From NCBI GenBank assembly GCA_943371745.1, contig CALRWE010000001.1, forward strand, positions 14,290 through 78,289: a DNA stretch of 64,000 nucleotides, written 5' to 3'. The position numbers were made by a program, and so were the translations under genes. The first letter of the stretch is position 1. Every line of letters starts with the position of its first letter. Shown here piece after piece: positions 52,432 to 62,622 of this stretch. This DNA comes from Rhodoferax sp. OV413 (GTDB lineage: Bacteria > Pseudomonadota > Gammaproteobacteria > Burkholderiales > Burkholderiaceae_C). The notes beneath the pieces are model-generated. The model saw only the letters and a list, made by a program, of their open reading frames with translations. It was not told where the DNA came from and did not search any database.

Positions 52432-52590
52432 TCTCGCAAGTGCTCCATTAAACGCGCCTTTTGGGTGCTGTTCTATCGGGGTTTCCATCAGGCCAGTAGG
52501 TGAATTGCTGCGCTGCGGTAATATCATGGGCCAGCCGGGCCCAGCGCCACGCAACCCCGTGGCACGTTCAGGCTGCAACTACAGAACAAG

Positions 52591-55500
52591 ATGAACGCTC
52601 CCCTCCAGCTCAATCCATTGGTGTCTTTGCCTGCCTTGGCGGCGCATGCGCACACCCGCATTCGCGAAATCCCTTACAACTACACCTCGTTTTCTGACCG
52701 GGAAATCGTCATCCGCCTCTTGGGCGCGCCCGCCTGGGATTGGCTCAACTGCTTGCGCGACGAGCGCCGCACCGGCCGCTCGGCCCGCATGCTCTACGAG
52801 GTGTTGGGTGACATTTGGGTAGTTCAGCGCAACCCCTATTTGCAGGACGACCTGCTGGACAACCCCAAGCGCCGCGCCTTGCTGGTGGAGGCCTTGCACC
52901 ACCGGCTGGCTGAAGTCCAAAAGCGCCGAACACCCGAGACCGACCCGGAGCGCGACGGTCTGGTGGGCGACCTGCTCAAGGCGGCGGCCAAAGCCATCCA
53001 GGCCTTTGATGCCGCTTTTGTGGAAACGGCCGCCTTGCGTCGCCAGACCCAGCGTACCCTGGTGAAGTTGACGGCCAGGGACAACATCAAGTTTGACGGC
53101 CTCTCGCGCGTGAGCCATGTGACCGATGCCACCGACTGGCGGGTGGAATACCCGTTTGTGGTGCTGACCCCGGACACGGAAGAAGAGATGGCGGGCCTGG
53201 TCAAAGGCTGTATTGACCTCGGGTTGACCATCATTCCCCGGGGCGGCGGCACGGGTTACACCGGCGGCGCCATTCCCCTGACCTGGAAAAGCGTGGTCAT
53301 CAACACCGAAAAGTTGGAGGCCATGACCGAGGTCGAGATGCGCACGCTGCCGGGCTTGTCCGAGCCCGTCGGCACGGTCTGGACCGAAGCCGGTGTGGTG
53401 ACGCAGCGCGTGGCGGACGCGGCCGAGCGCGGTGGTTTTGTGTTTGCCGTGGACCCCACTTCAGCCGAGGCCTCGTGTATTGGCGGCAACATCGCCATGA
53501 ACGCCGGTGGCAAGAAGGCCGTGCTCTGGGGCACCGCCCTGGACAACCTGGCCAGCTGGCGCATGGTGACACCCCAGGCCGAATGGCTGGAGGTGACCCG
53601 CGTCAACCACAACATGGGCAAGATCCACGACGCCGAGATGGCGAGCTTTGAGCTGCAGTATTTCAAGGCCGATGGCAAGACCAAGCTGCGCAGCGAGCGC
53701 CTGGACATTCCCGGCAAGTCTTTCCGTAAGGAAGGTCTGGGCAAGGATGTGACCGACAAGTTTCTGAGCGGCCTGCCGGGCATTCAAAAAGAAGGCTGCG
53801 ACGGCCTGATCACCAGCGCACGCTGGGTGGTGCACCGCATGCCCGCCCACACCCGCACGGTGTGCCTTGAGTTTTTTGGCAACGCCAAAGACGCGGTGCC
53901 CAGCATCGTGGAGATCAAGGACTTCATGTTTGCGGAGCAAAAGCGCTCGGGCGTGCTGCTGGCCGGGCTGGAGCACCTGGATGACCGCTACCTGAAGGCC
54001 GTGGGCTATGCCACCAAGTCCAAACGGGGCGGCTTGCCCAAGATGGTGCTGTTTGGCGACATAGCAGGCCATGATGCCGACGCGGTTGCCCGCGTTACCT
54101 CCGAGGTGGTGCGCATTGCCAACTCGCGCAGTGGTGAGGGCTTTATTGCCATCAGCCCGGAGGCGCGCAAGAAGTTCTGGCTGGACCGCAAGCGCACAGC
54201 GGCTATCAGCAAGCACACCAACGCCTTCAAGATCAATGAAGACGTGGTGATTCCGCTCCCCCGCATGGCCGAATACACCGACGGCATTGAGCGCATCAAC
54301 ATTGAACTCAGCCTGCAGAACAAGATTGCCCTGTGCGACGCGCTGCAAGCCTTCTTTGCCAACGGCAATTTGCCCTTGGGCAAGCACGATGACGCCAATG
54401 ACGTTCCGTCGGCCGAGTTGCTGGGCGACCGCGTAGCGCAAGCCCTGGCCCTGGTGGGTGAGGTGCGTGCGCTGTGGGCTGGTTGGCTGGACGGTGTCGA
54501 GGTGCTGTTTCCCCAGTTGCAGGACCACACCCTGCGGGCCAGCTGGAAAACCCAGCTGCGCGAGCCGCTGCAAAACATCTTTACGGGCGGCGCGTTTGAG
54601 CCCATTCTGAAAGAGTGCGTGGCCGTGCACCAGCGTGTGCTCAAGGGCCGCGTGTGGGCGGCGCTGCACATGCATGCCGGTGACGGCAATGTGCACACCA
54701 ACCTGCCGGTCAACAGCGATGACTACGACATGCTGCAGGCCGCGCACGGGGCGGTCAAGCGCATCATGGCACTGGCGCGTTCGCTCGACGGCGTGATCTC
54801 GGGCGAGCACGGCATCGGCATCACCAAGCTGGAGTTTTTGAGCGACGCCGAGTTGCAGCCTTTTACCGACTATAAAGCCCGGGTGGATCCGGAGGGGCGG
54901 TTCAACAAAGGCAAGTTGCTCAGAAATAAAGAGCAGCCAAGCCAATTAACGTATCGGCCAGAGGCCGATTTGATGCAGGCCGACCTCACCAATGCCTATA
55001 CCCCGAGCTTCGGGCTGATGGGGCATGAGTCGCTGATCATGCAGCAAAGCGACATTGGTGCGATTGCCGACAGCGTCAAGGATTGCCTGCGTTGCGGCAA
55101 GTGCAAACCGGTGTGCGCCACCCACGTGCCGCGCGCCAATCTGCTGTACAGCCCGCGCAACAAAATTCTGGCGACCTCGCTGCTGGTGGAGGCGTTTTTG
55201 TATGAAGAACAAACGCGCCGGGGAATCTCGATTCGCCATTGGCAGGAGTTTGAGGACGTGGCGGACCACTGCACCGTGTGCCACAAGTGCCTGACACCGT
55301 GCCCGGTGAACATCGACTTTGGTGAAGTTTCCATGAACATGCGCAATTTGTTGCGCAAGATGGACAAGAAGACCTTCCGCCCGGCCGGGGCGGCTGCCAT
55401 GTTCATGCTCAACGCGACCAACCCGGATACGATCAAGTTCGCCCGGTCGGCCATGGTCAATGTGGGCATCAAGGCGCAGCGCTTTGCCGCCGATGTGCTC

Positions 55501-56496
55501 AAGGTGGTGGCGCGCAAGCAAACCAAGGCGCCGCCAGCGTCCATCGGCACCGCGCCCATCAAGGAGCAGGTGATTCACTTCATCAACAAGAAGCTGCCCG
55601 GTGGTCTGCCCAAGAAAACCGCGCGCGCCTTGCTGGACATTGAAGACAAAGATTACGTGCCCATTATCCGCAACCCCAAAACCACCACGGCCGAGACCGA
55701 GGCGGTGTTTTACTTTCCCGGCTGCGGCTCGGAGCGCCTGTTCAGCCAGGTGGGGCTGGCCACGCAGGCCATGTTGTGGCACGCCGGGGTGCAGACGGTG
55801 CTGCCACCGGGTTACCTGTGCTGCGGTTATCCGCAGCGGGGCTCGGGCCAGTTTGACAAGGCCGAGAAAATGATCACCGACAACCGGGTGCTGTTCCACC
55901 GGGTGGCCAACACCCTGAATTACCTGGACATCAAGACCGTGGTGGTGAGTTGCGGCACGTGTTACGACCAGTTGCAGGGCTACCAGTTTGACAAGATCTT
56001 CCCCGGTTGCCGCATCATCGACATCCACGAGTACCTGCTGGAGAAAAACATCACGCTGGGCAATGCGGGCTCGTTCCTGTTTCATGACCCCTGCCACAGC
56101 CCCATGAAACTGCAGGAGCCGATCAAGACCGTCAAGGCCTTGCTCGGCAACAACGTGGTGCAGTCCGAACGCTGCTGTGGTGAGTCCGGCACGCTGGCGC
56201 TGAACCGGCCCGACATTTCGACTCAGGTGCGCTTTCGCAAGGAAGAAGAAATTCTCAAGGGCGAGACCAAGCTGCGCGAGCAGGGTGGCCTGGGCGCGCA
56301 GGAGAACATCAAGATCCTGACCTCGTGCCCCGCGTGCCTGCAAGGCCTGAGCCGCTTTGGTGACGACCTGAAAAACGGCCTGCTGGAGGCCGATTACATC
56401 GTGGTCGAGATGGCCAACCAGATTTTGGGCGACCAGTGGATGCCCGATTACGTCAAGCTGGCGAACAACGGCGGCATTGAACGCGTGCTGGTGTAA
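52591..56496 (+). CDS. Large fusion oxidoreductase: N-terminal DUF3683-like region + FAD-binding (GlcD-like) + 4Fe-4S/CCG (GlcF-like) domains
   Basis: It is 1301 aa. The FAD-binding PCMH-type region is [16 protein letters not shown] and the FAD-oxidase C-terminal is [12 protein letters not shown]. Ferredoxin-type clusters [11 protein letters not shown] and [12 protein letters not shown] are present. Two Cys-rich CCG-like regions (FPGCGSE, CCGYP, HDPCH, CCGESG) follow. Confidence 0.8.
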   Translation: MNAPLQLNPLVSLPALAAHAHTRIREIPYNYTSFSDREIVIRLLGAPAWDWLNCLRDERRTGRSARMLYEVLGDIWVVQRNPYLQDDLLDNPKRRALLVEALHHRLAEVQKRRTPETDPERDGLVGDLLKAAAKAIQAFDAAFVETAALRRQTQRTLVKLTARDNIKFDGLSRVSHVTDATDWRVEYPFVVLTPDTEEEMAGLVKGCIDLGLTIIPRGGGTGYTGGAIPLTWKSVVINTEKLEAMTEVEMRTLPGLSEPVGTVWTEAGVVTQRVADAAERGGFVFAVDPTSAEASCIGGNIAMNAGGKKAVLWGTALDNLASWRMVTPQAEWLEVTRVNHNMGKIHDAEMASFELQYFKADGKTKLRSERLDIPGKSFRKEGLGKDVTDKFLSGLPGIQKEGCDGLITSARWVVHRMPAHTRTVCLEFFGNAKDAVPSIVEIKDFMFAEQKRSGVLLAGLEHLDDRYLKAVGYATKSKRGGLPKMVLFGDIAGHDADAVARVTSEVVRIANSRSGEGFIAISPEARKKFWLDRKRTAAISKHTNAFKINEDVVIPLPRMAEYTDGIERINIELSLQNKIALCDALQAFFANGNLPLGKHDDANDVPSAELLGDRVAQALALVGEVRALWAGWLDGVEVLFPQLQDHTLRASWKTQLREPLQNIFTGGAFEPILKECVAVHQRVLKGRVWAALHMHAGDGNVHTNLPVNSDDYDMLQAAHGAVKRIMALARSLDGVISGEHGIGITKLEFLSDAELQPFTDYKARVDPEGRFNKGKLLRNKEQPSQLTYRPEADLMQADLTNAYTPSFGLMGHESLIMQQSDIGAIADSVKDCLRCGKCKPVCATHVPRANLLYSPRNKILATSLLVEAFLYEEQTRRGISIRHWQEFEDVADHCTVCHKCLTPCPVNIDFGEVSMNMRNLLRKMDKKTFRPAGAAAMFMLNATNPDTIKFARSAMVNVGIKAQRFAADVLKVVARKQTKAPPASIGTAPIKEQVIHFINKKLPGGLPKKTARALLDIEDKDYVPIIRNPKTTTAETEAVFYFPGCGSERLFSQVGLATQAMLWHAGVQTVLPPGYLCCGYPQRGSGQFDKAEKMITDNRVLFHRVANTLNYLDIKTVVVSCGTCYDQLQGYQFDKIFPGCRIIDIHEYLLEKNITLGNAGSFLFHDPCHSPMKLQEPIKTVKALLGNNVVQSERCCGESGTLALNRPDISTQVRFRKEEEILKGETKLREQGGLGAQENIKILTSCPACLQGLSRFGDDLKNGLLEADYIVVEMANQILGDQWMPDYVKLANNGGIERVLV

Positions 56497-56507
56497 GGCG
56501 CTGGCAG

Positions 56508-56951
56508 ATGACCACTACAAGCTGCCCTCTATGCGCTGATGTTGGTGGCACGCTGGTATTCAAGGGCGAGAAGTTCCGGGTCATCCGGGCCGAGGAGCCA
56601 GGTTTTCCGGCGTTTTACCGGGTGGTCTGGGCGGAGCACGTGGCCGAGTTCTCTGAACTTGGGCCCGATGACCGAAACCTGTGCATGGCGGCGGTGGTGG
56701 CGGTGGAGCTGGCGTTGCGCGAGCATGTGCAGCCCACCAAGGTCAACCTGGCGGCGCTGGGCAACATGGTGCCTCACCTGCACTGGCACGTGGTTGCCCG
56801 CTTTGACTGGGACAGCCATTTTCCGGCGCCCGTATGGGCCGCGGCCGTACGCCCCCAAAATGCCGAGGCGCTGGCGGGCGTGACGGCGCGCCTGGCACAG
56901 GCAGACCTGGCCATCAAATCCGCACTGGCCGCATTGTGCCGGGGCGTGTGA
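56508..56951 (+). CDS. HIT family protein
   Basis: It has the histidine triad HLHWHVV and an N-terminal CPLC. Confidence 0.8.
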   Translation: MTTTSCPLCADVGGTLVFKGEKFRVIRAEEPGFPAFYRVVWAEHVAEFSELGPDDRNLCMAAVVAVELALREHVQPTKVNLAALGNMVPHLHWHVVARFDWDSHFPAPVWAAAVRPQNAEALAGVTARLAQADLAIKSALAALCRGV

Positions 56952-56996
56952 TAGTTTCAGTTCTTTTTACCTCAACCCATCACCGGGAGTATTCAC

Positions 56997-57410
56997 ATGG
57001 CAGGTTTGCAATCCGGCGCTCCAACGCCCCAATCCATCACGGTGCACAGCCAGTCCAAAGTGCTGGAGGTGTCTTTTTCTGATGGCGCCGAGTTCCGTAT
57101 TCCTTTTGAGCTGATGCGGGTGTATTCCCCCTCGGCCGAGGTGGCCGGGCACGGGCCGGGTCAGGAAGTGCTGCAGACCGGCAAGCGCGATGTGGAGCTG
57201 GCCGGCTTGGAGCCGGTGGGCAACTATGCCGTGCAGCCCGCGTTTTCCGACGGACACGACACCGGCATTTTCTCGTGGGACTACCTGTACTTTCTGGGTT
57301 CCCAGCAAGACCAGCTGTGGGCCGACTACACGGCGCGGCTGGTGGCTGCCGGCGTCAGCCGCGATGCGCCCATGCCTGAAAAAGCGGGACAAGGCTGCGC
57401 CAGTCATTGA
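56997..57410 (+). CDS. DUF971 family protein (gamma-butyrobetaine hydroxylase-like N-terminal fold)
   Basis: It has LMRVYSPSAEV...GNYAVQPAFSDGHDTGIFSWDYLY, typical of DUF971. It is upstream of ubiE. Confidence 0.65.
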   Translation: MAGLQSGAPTPQSITVHSQSKVLEVSFSDGAEFRIPFELMRVYSPSAEVAGHGPGQEVLQTGKRDVELAGLEPVGNYAVQPAFSDGHDTGIFSWDYLYFLGSQQDQLWADYTARLVAAGVSRDAPMPEKAGQGCASH

Positions 57411-57420
57411 GGCGCGCTGC

Positions 57421-57500
57421 TACATAATTTGACTCATCTAGCCAATAAAAATGCTGGCTAGAGCCTAATTTCATCATATTTACAACACATTGCGATCGTT
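57421..57500. repeat. AT-rich intergenic repeat, copy 4 (opposite orientation)
   Basis: It contains a perfect 8-bp inverted repeat TCTAGCCA (57446-57453) / TGGCTAGA (57464-57471). Its reverse complement (..gatgaaattaggctctagcc..ttggctagatgag..) resembles the copy at 27526. Confidence 0.45.
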
Positions 57501-57542
57501 TGCGGGTATTCATCATGTGCTGCCCCAGCGTTCGCGTCTAGC

Positions 57543-58283
57543 ATGGCATCCATGACAACAACTCATTTTGGTTATCAATCGGTCGAGGAAACCGAAAAAG
57601 CAAAGCACGTGCGCAGCGTGTTCGACTCGGTGGCGCCCAAATACGACCTGATGAACGACCTCATGTCGATGGGCCTGCACCGGGCCTGGAAAGCGTTCAC
57701 GCTCACGGTGGCAAACCCGCGCGAGGGCGACAAGGTGCTCGATATTGCGGGCGGCACGGGCGACCTGGCCCTGGCGTTTTCCAAAAAAGTCGGCAAGAGC
57801 GGGCGAGTGGTGCACACCGACATCAACGAAGCCATGCTGCGCACCGGGCGCAACCGCTTGCTGGATGCCGGCGTGTCGCTCCCGACTTTGGTCTGCGACG
57901 CCGAGAAGCTGCCTTTTCCTGGCAACCATTTTGATCTGGTCAGCGTGGCCTTTGGCCTGCGCAACATGACCCACAAGGACGTGGCGCTGGCCGAGATGAG
58001 CCGGGTGCTCAAGCCCGGTGGCAAGTTGCTGGTGCTGGAATTCTCCAAGGTGGCCCCCCCGCTGGCGAAGGCCTATGACTGGTATTCCTTCAAGGTCTTG
58101 CCCAAACTGGGCCAACTGGTGGCGGGCGATGACGCCAGCTACCGCTATCTGGCTGAGTCCATCCGGATGCACCCGGGGCAGGATGAGCTCAAATCCCTGA
58201 TGAAGAATAATGGCTTTGGCCATGTGGACTACCACAACATGACGGGCGGGCTGGTAGCCTTGCACGTGGGAATCAAATGTTGA
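57543..58283 (+). CDS. ubiE: Ubiquinone/menaquinone biosynthesis C-methyltransferase UbiE
   Basis: It has [32 protein letters not shown] and the SAM motif [12 protein letters not shown]. Confidence 0.95.
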   Translation: MASMTTTHFGYQSVEETEKAKHVRSVFDSVAPKYDLMNDLMSMGLHRAWKAFTLTVANPREGDKVLDIAGGTGDLALAFSKKVGKSGRVVHTDINEAMLRTGRNRLLDAGVSLPTLVCDAEKLPFPGNHFDLVSVAFGLRNMTHKDVALAEMSRVLKPGGKLLVLEFSKVAPPLAKAYDWYSFKVLPKLGQLVAGDDASYRYLAESIRMHPGQDELKSLMKNNGFGHVDYHNMTGGLVALHVGIKC

Positions 58284-58326
58284 CTTTTGACACGCGCTGA
58301 GCTTTTATTTATTTTTTGGAGACACC

Positions 58327-59286
58327 ATGAAATTCTGGTCCGTAATATTCGCAGTCACCCTGATGCTGGTGGGCTTCAACGCCGAGGCGCAAAAGCGTTT
58401 TGGCGGCGGTAAGTCCGTCGGGCAGCAGTCCAATAACGTCACCCAGCGCCAGGCACCTGCCCAAGGCGCAACCAAAGCGCCCCCGCCAGCCGGGGCCGCA
58501 GCTGCGGCGCCCAAGAAGCCTTGGGGTGCCATGTTGGGTGGTCTCGCCGCGGGTCTGGGTCTGGCCTGGTTGGCCAGCTCGCTCGGTTTTGGCGAAGGCA
58601 TGGCGCAGTTCATGATGTTTGCCTTGCTTGCGCTGGTGATCATGATGGCGGTGGGTTGGTTCATGCGCTCTCGCAAGGCAGCGCAATCGCGCAATACGGC
58701 GAATTCGCCCTTTGCTTTTCAGGGCGCGTCCGCCAGCACGGCCCAAACGCCCAACAGCTACCGGCCTGAGAACGTCGGCAACGACGCATCTGCCCGCCCC
58801 TGGGAGCGCAACAGCACCGCGTTTGAAACGCTGAAGCCGGCGCCTGCCGCCGGCGCGTCCATGATTGGTTCCGGTCTCGCCGGTTCACAAAGCTGGGGTA
58901 TTCCTGATGGTTTCGATGCCGAAGGTTTTCTGAGGTCCGCCAAGGCCAATTTCGTGTCCTTGCAGGCCGCGTGGGACAAGTCCGACATCAACGCGCTGCG
59001 TGTGATGATGACCGACACCATGCTCCAGGAGATCCAGTCTCAATTGGCCGACCGTGAGGTTCACACTGGTGGACCCGTGAATTTGACCGATGTGGTGATG
59101 ATCGAAGCGCAGCTGCTGGGCATCGAAGACACGGGTGCCGAGTACATGGCCAGCGTGGAGTTCTCCGGCATGATCCGCGAAGAGCCATCGGCGGGCCCGA
59201 GCCCGTTCCGCGAAGTGTGGAACATGACCAAGTCCAAAACCGGCAACAGTGGCTGGCTGGTCGCTGGCGTCCAGGCTCTGCAGTAA
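58327..59286 (+). CDS. Tim44-like domain membrane protein
   Basis: It has a signal peptide (MKFWSVIFAVTLMLVGFNAEA), an Ala/Pro-rich segment and TM helices. The C-terminal Tim44-like region is FDAEGFLRSAKANFVSLQAAWDKSD...WLVAGVQ. Confidence 0.7.
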   Translation: MKFWSVIFAVTLMLVGFNAEAQKRFGGGKSVGQQSNNVTQRQAPAQGATKAPPPAGAAAAAPKKPWGAMLGGLAAGLGLAWLASSLGFGEGMAQFMMFALLALVIMMAVGWFMRSRKAAQSRNTANSPFAFQGASASTAQTPNSYRPENVGNDASARPWERNSTAFETLKPAPAAGASMIGSGLAGSQSWGIPDGFDAEGFLRSAKANFVSLQAAWDKSDINALRVMMTDTMLQEIQSQLADREVHTGGPVNLTDVVMIEAQLLGIEDTGAEYMASVEFSGMIREEPSAGPSPFREVWNMTKSKTGNSGWLVAGVQALQ

Positions 59287-59365
59287 CGAGCCAAGCCCAT
59301 TCTCCAGCAGGCCATGTGAAATGCATGGCTGCTGCAGAGAATAAAGAGGGCATAAAGCGGGAATA

Positions 59366-59926
59366 ATGGGGACTATGGCACCACAGTCCCCATTTCCTTT
59401 TTTGGACGGTTTTATGCAAAACCTTCCCCTCCCTGATGTGCAGCCGCCCGCCTGGGCGGTCGATGAGGCCCAGCGCCGCGTTGTCCTGTTGCTCAATCAC
59501 ATCTTGATGCAGGAGGCCGAGGCCACCCAGCGCCTTGCCCGGCAAAAAGGCAGCGTGGTCTTGATGCAGTGGCGCTTGTTTTCCATCAAGTTGACAGCCA
59601 CACCAGCCGGCCTGCTTGACATCGCATCGCCCGAGTCCAAGCCTGATCTGGTCTTGTTGGTCACCGAGACATCGCCCCTTGCCCTGATCCAGGCGGTTTT
59701 GCGCGGGGACAAGCCCACGGTGCGCATCGAAGGCGATGTTCAGCTCGCGGCCGAGGTGAATTGGCTGGTGGATCACGTCCGGTGGGATCTTGAAGAGGAT
59801 CTTTCCCGGGTGCTGGGCGATGCGCCAGCCTATGCCTTGGGCCAGGTCGCCCGGGGTATTGGCAGCGCATTGCGGCAGTTTTTGGGCGCGAACGCGCCAG
59901 GTGGGTCGACCAAGGCGCCGATATGA
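59366..59926 (+). CDS. ubiJ: Ubiquinone biosynthesis accessory factor UbiJ (SCP2 domain)
   Basis: It lies between ubiE and ubiB as in the E. coli ubiE-ubiJ-ubiB operon, and has an SCP2-like region ([29 protein letters not shown]). Confidence 0.65.
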   Translation: MGTMAPQSPFPFLDGFMQNLPLPDVQPPAWAVDEAQRRVVLLLNHILMQEAEATQRLARQKGSVVLMQWRLFSIKLTATPAGLLDIASPESKPDLVLLVTETSPLALIQAVLRGDKPTVRIEGDVQLAAEVNWLVDHVRWDLEEDLSRVLGDAPAYALGQVARGIGSALRQFLGANAPGGSTKAPI

Positions 59927-61488
59927 CGCGCCTTTTCCGAGGCGTCTTCATTGTTTTTATTGTTCTGCGCTATGGCTTGGATGAGCTTTTTTTAACAAGT
60001 TTTCAAAAACCCTGGTTGCGCTTGATCGCGCGAGTGGTGTCGGTTGGGCGCAAGCTGGACGCACCACGAGGCCAGCGCATTCGGGAGGCGCTTGAGCGTC
60101 TGGGGCCCATATTTGTCAAGTTCGGGCAAGTGCTCTCCACCCGGCGTGATCTGATGCCGGTGGACATCGCCGACGAGTTGGCCCGTCTGCAGGACCGGGT
60201 GCCGCCCTTTGCGAGTCAGGTGGCCATGGACACGATTGAGCGTGCCTTCAACAAGAAAGTGGACGACATCTTTGTGTCATTTGAGCGCGAACCGGTCGCC
60301 AGTGCCTCGATTGCGCAGGTGCACTTTGCCGTGCTGAAGGACCGCACAGGGCTGACCCGTGATGTGGCAGTCAAGGTGCTCAGGCCCGGCATGCTGTCGG
60401 CGATCGAGAAGGACTTGAGCCTGATGCGCATGATGGCCGGCTGGGTGGAGGGGCTGTCGGCGGATGGCAAACGCCTCAAACCACGTGAGGTGGTGGCCGA
60501 GTTTGACAAGTACCTGCATGACGAGCTCGACCTGGTGCGCGAGGCCTCCAGCGCGGCTCAATTGCGCCGCAACATGGCGGGGCTGGACCTGGTGCTGATT
60601 CCCGAGATGTTCTGGGATTACTGCGCCACCGAGGTCATTGTCATGGAGCGCATGACGGGCGTTCCCATCAACCAGATCGAGCGGCTGCGTGCGGCGGGCA
60701 TCGACCTGCCCAAGCTGGCGAGAGACGGTGTCACCATTTTCTTCACCCAGGTTTTTCGGGATGGTTTTTTCCATGCCGACATGCACCCGGGCAATATCCA
60801 GGTCAGTTTGGCACCCGACACGTTTGGCCGCTATATCTCGCTGGATTTCGGCATTGTGGGAACGTTGACCGAGGTGGATAAAGAGTATCTGGCCCAGAAC
60901 TTCACTGCTTTTTTCCGCCGGGATTACAAGCGCGTGGCGGAGCTGCACATCGAGTCGGGCTGGGTGCCGGCTGCCACGCGGGTGGATGAGCTCGAGTCTG
61001 CGATTCGTTCGGTGTGTGAGCCCTACTTTGACCGGCCTTTGAAGGAGTTGTCACTGGGTCTGGTGCTGATGCGGCTTTTTCAGACCTCCCGCCGGTTTGA
61101 GGTCGAGATTCAGCCCCAGTTGGTGTTGCTGCAAAAGACCTTGCTCAACATTGAAGGTCTGGGGCGCCAGCTGGATCCCGAACTGGATCTCTGGAGCACG
61201 GCCAAGCCTTTTCTTGAGACCTGGATGATCGACCAGTTGGGCCCCAAAAAGCTTCTGGATCAGCTGCGCAACGAGGCACCTCGCTACGCCAAGCTCCTGC
61301 CGGAGCTGCCCCGGCTGTTGGTCAATTTCCTGCAAACGAACCGGCCGGGGTCAGGTCGGGCACTGGAAGCGCTGCTGGCCGAACAAAAGCGCACCAATCG
61401 CATGCTGCAGGCGATCATGTATGGCGGTGTGGGTTTTGTACTGGGGTTGGTGGCTATGCAACTGTTCAACCGGTTTCAGGTTTTCTGA
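59923..61488 (+). CDS. ubiB: Ubiquinone biosynthesis regulatory kinase-like protein UbiB
   Basis: It has ABC1/UbiB motifs ([33 protein letters not shown]) and C-terminal TM helices. Confidence 0.95.
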   Translation: MTRLFRGVFIVFIVLRYGLDELFLTSFQKPWLRLIARVVSVGRKLDAPRGQRIREALERLGPIFVKFGQVLSTRRDLMPVDIADELARLQDRVPPFASQVAMDTIERAFNKKVDDIFVSFEREPVASASIAQVHFAVLKDRTGLTRDVAVKVLRPGMLSAIEKDLSLMRMMAGWVEGLSADGKRLKPREVVAEFDKYLHDELDLVREASSAAQLRRNMAGLDLVLIPEMFWDYCATEVIVMERMTGVPINQIERLRAAGIDLPKLARDGVTIFFTQVFRDGFFHADMHPGNIQVSLAPDTFGRYISLDFGIVGTLTEVDKEYLAQNFTAFFRRDYKRVAELHIESGWVPAATRVDELESAIRSVCEPYFDRPLKELSLGLVLMRLFQTSRRFEVEIQPQLVLLQKTLLNIEGLGRQLDPELDLWSTAKPFLETWMIDQLGPKKLLDQLRNEAPRYAKLLPELPRLLVNFLQTNRPGSGRALEALLAEQKRTNRMLQAIMYGGVGFVLGLVAMQLFNRFQVF

Positions 61489-61571
61489 CCAGGTTTTCAT
61501 CGCCTACGGCCCCTGGGTGGGTGGGTCTTATAATCCGAGGCTTTGCCATCTGAAATCCGAGTCAATTAGCC

Positions 61572-61880
61572 ATGCCAATTTATGCTTACAAATGTGAGTC
61601 CTGCGGATTTGCCAAGGATGTGCTGCAGAAGATGTCGGACGCAGTGCTCACTGATTGCCCTTCCTGCGGTGCAGCGGCTTTCAAAAAGCAGTTGACTGCT
61701 GCGGGATTCCAGCTCAAAGGCACCGGTTGGTACGCCACAGACTTCAAGGGTGGCGCTGCTGCGACCAGCGCCCCTGCGACCGGGTCCGAAGCAGATCAAA
61801 AGCCTGCCTCAGACGCCAAGCCTGCTGAGAGCTCTCCGGCTCCTGTGGTTGCGCCAACGCCTGTGGCTTCGGGCAGCTGA
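61572..61880 (+). CDS. FmdB family zinc-ribbon protein
   Basis: It has MPIYAYKCESCG...CPSCG, the canonical FmdB/CxxC-CxxC motif, and a low-complexity acidic/Pro-rich tail. Confidence 0.85.
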   Translation: MPIYAYKCESCGFAKDVLQKMSDAVLTDCPSCGAAAFKKQLTAAGFQLKGTGWYATDFKGGAAATSAPATGSEADQKPASDAKPAESSPAPVVAPTPVASGS

Positions 61881-61934
61881 TGTGGTTTTCTTGTTTATCC
61901 CGGCACTCGCCCGGTAAAAGCCAGGGTTAGTTCT

Positions 61935-62573
61935 GTGCCTATCAAAAAGTATTTGCTGACCGGTCTGCTGGCCTGGCTTCCCCTGACGCTCACGATCTGG
62001 GTGCTGTTGTGGCTGGTGGGCCTGCTCGATGCCGTTTTTGGTGGCGTGTTGACGGGGCTGTCGGCGGTGTCGCCTTCTTCCATGAGTCCGTCGATTGAAC
62101 AGCTGCGCCACATTCCTGGTTTGGGTGTGTTGCTGGTTTTTTCTGGTTTGCTGCTCACAGGCGCGCTGGTTTCCAATGTGGCGGGGCGGTGGTGGCTCCG
62201 GCAGTGGGGGCGTCTGTTCACCCGGATACCGGTTTTCAAGACAATCTACAACAGTGTAAAAAAGGTGTCCGATACACTTTTTTCCAGCAACGGCAACGCC
62301 TTTCGCAAGGCGATGCTGGTGCAGTACCCGCGCGCAGGGGTTTGGACGATTGCCTTTCAGACTGGCACACCTGGCGGTGAGGTAGCGGCCCATTTGGGCA
62401 GTGATTTTGTGAGCGTGTATGTGCCCACCACGCCCAATCCGACCAGCGGCTTCTTTTTGATGTTGCCCCGCTCCGACATCATTGAATTGAAAATGAGCGT
62501 GGATGAGGCACTGACCTATGTGATTTCCATGGGTTCGGTGGCACCGCTGCCACGGCCTCTTTCTGAAAAATAG
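61935..62573 (+). CDS. DUF502 family membrane protein (paralog 2)
   Basis: With a GTG start, (M)PIKKYLLTGLLAWLPLTLTIWVL is DUF502-like. Its overall layout is similar to the protein at 25921-26514. Confidence 0.7.
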   Translation: MPIKKYLLTGLLAWLPLTLTIWVLLWLVGLLDAVFGGVLTGLSAVSPSSMSPSIEQLRHIPGLGVLLVFSGLLLTGALVSNVAGRWWLRQWGRLFTRIPVFKTIYNSVKKVSDTLFSSNGNAFRKAMLVQYPRAGVWTIAFQTGTPGGEVAAHLGSDFVSVYVPTTPNPTSGFFLMLPRSDIIELKMSVDEALTYVISMGSVAPLPRPLSEK

Positions 62574-62622
62574 TTTTGTTCATAACCTGTGCCGCCCTTT
62601 CGGCGAGCTTTGAAAGTTTTTT

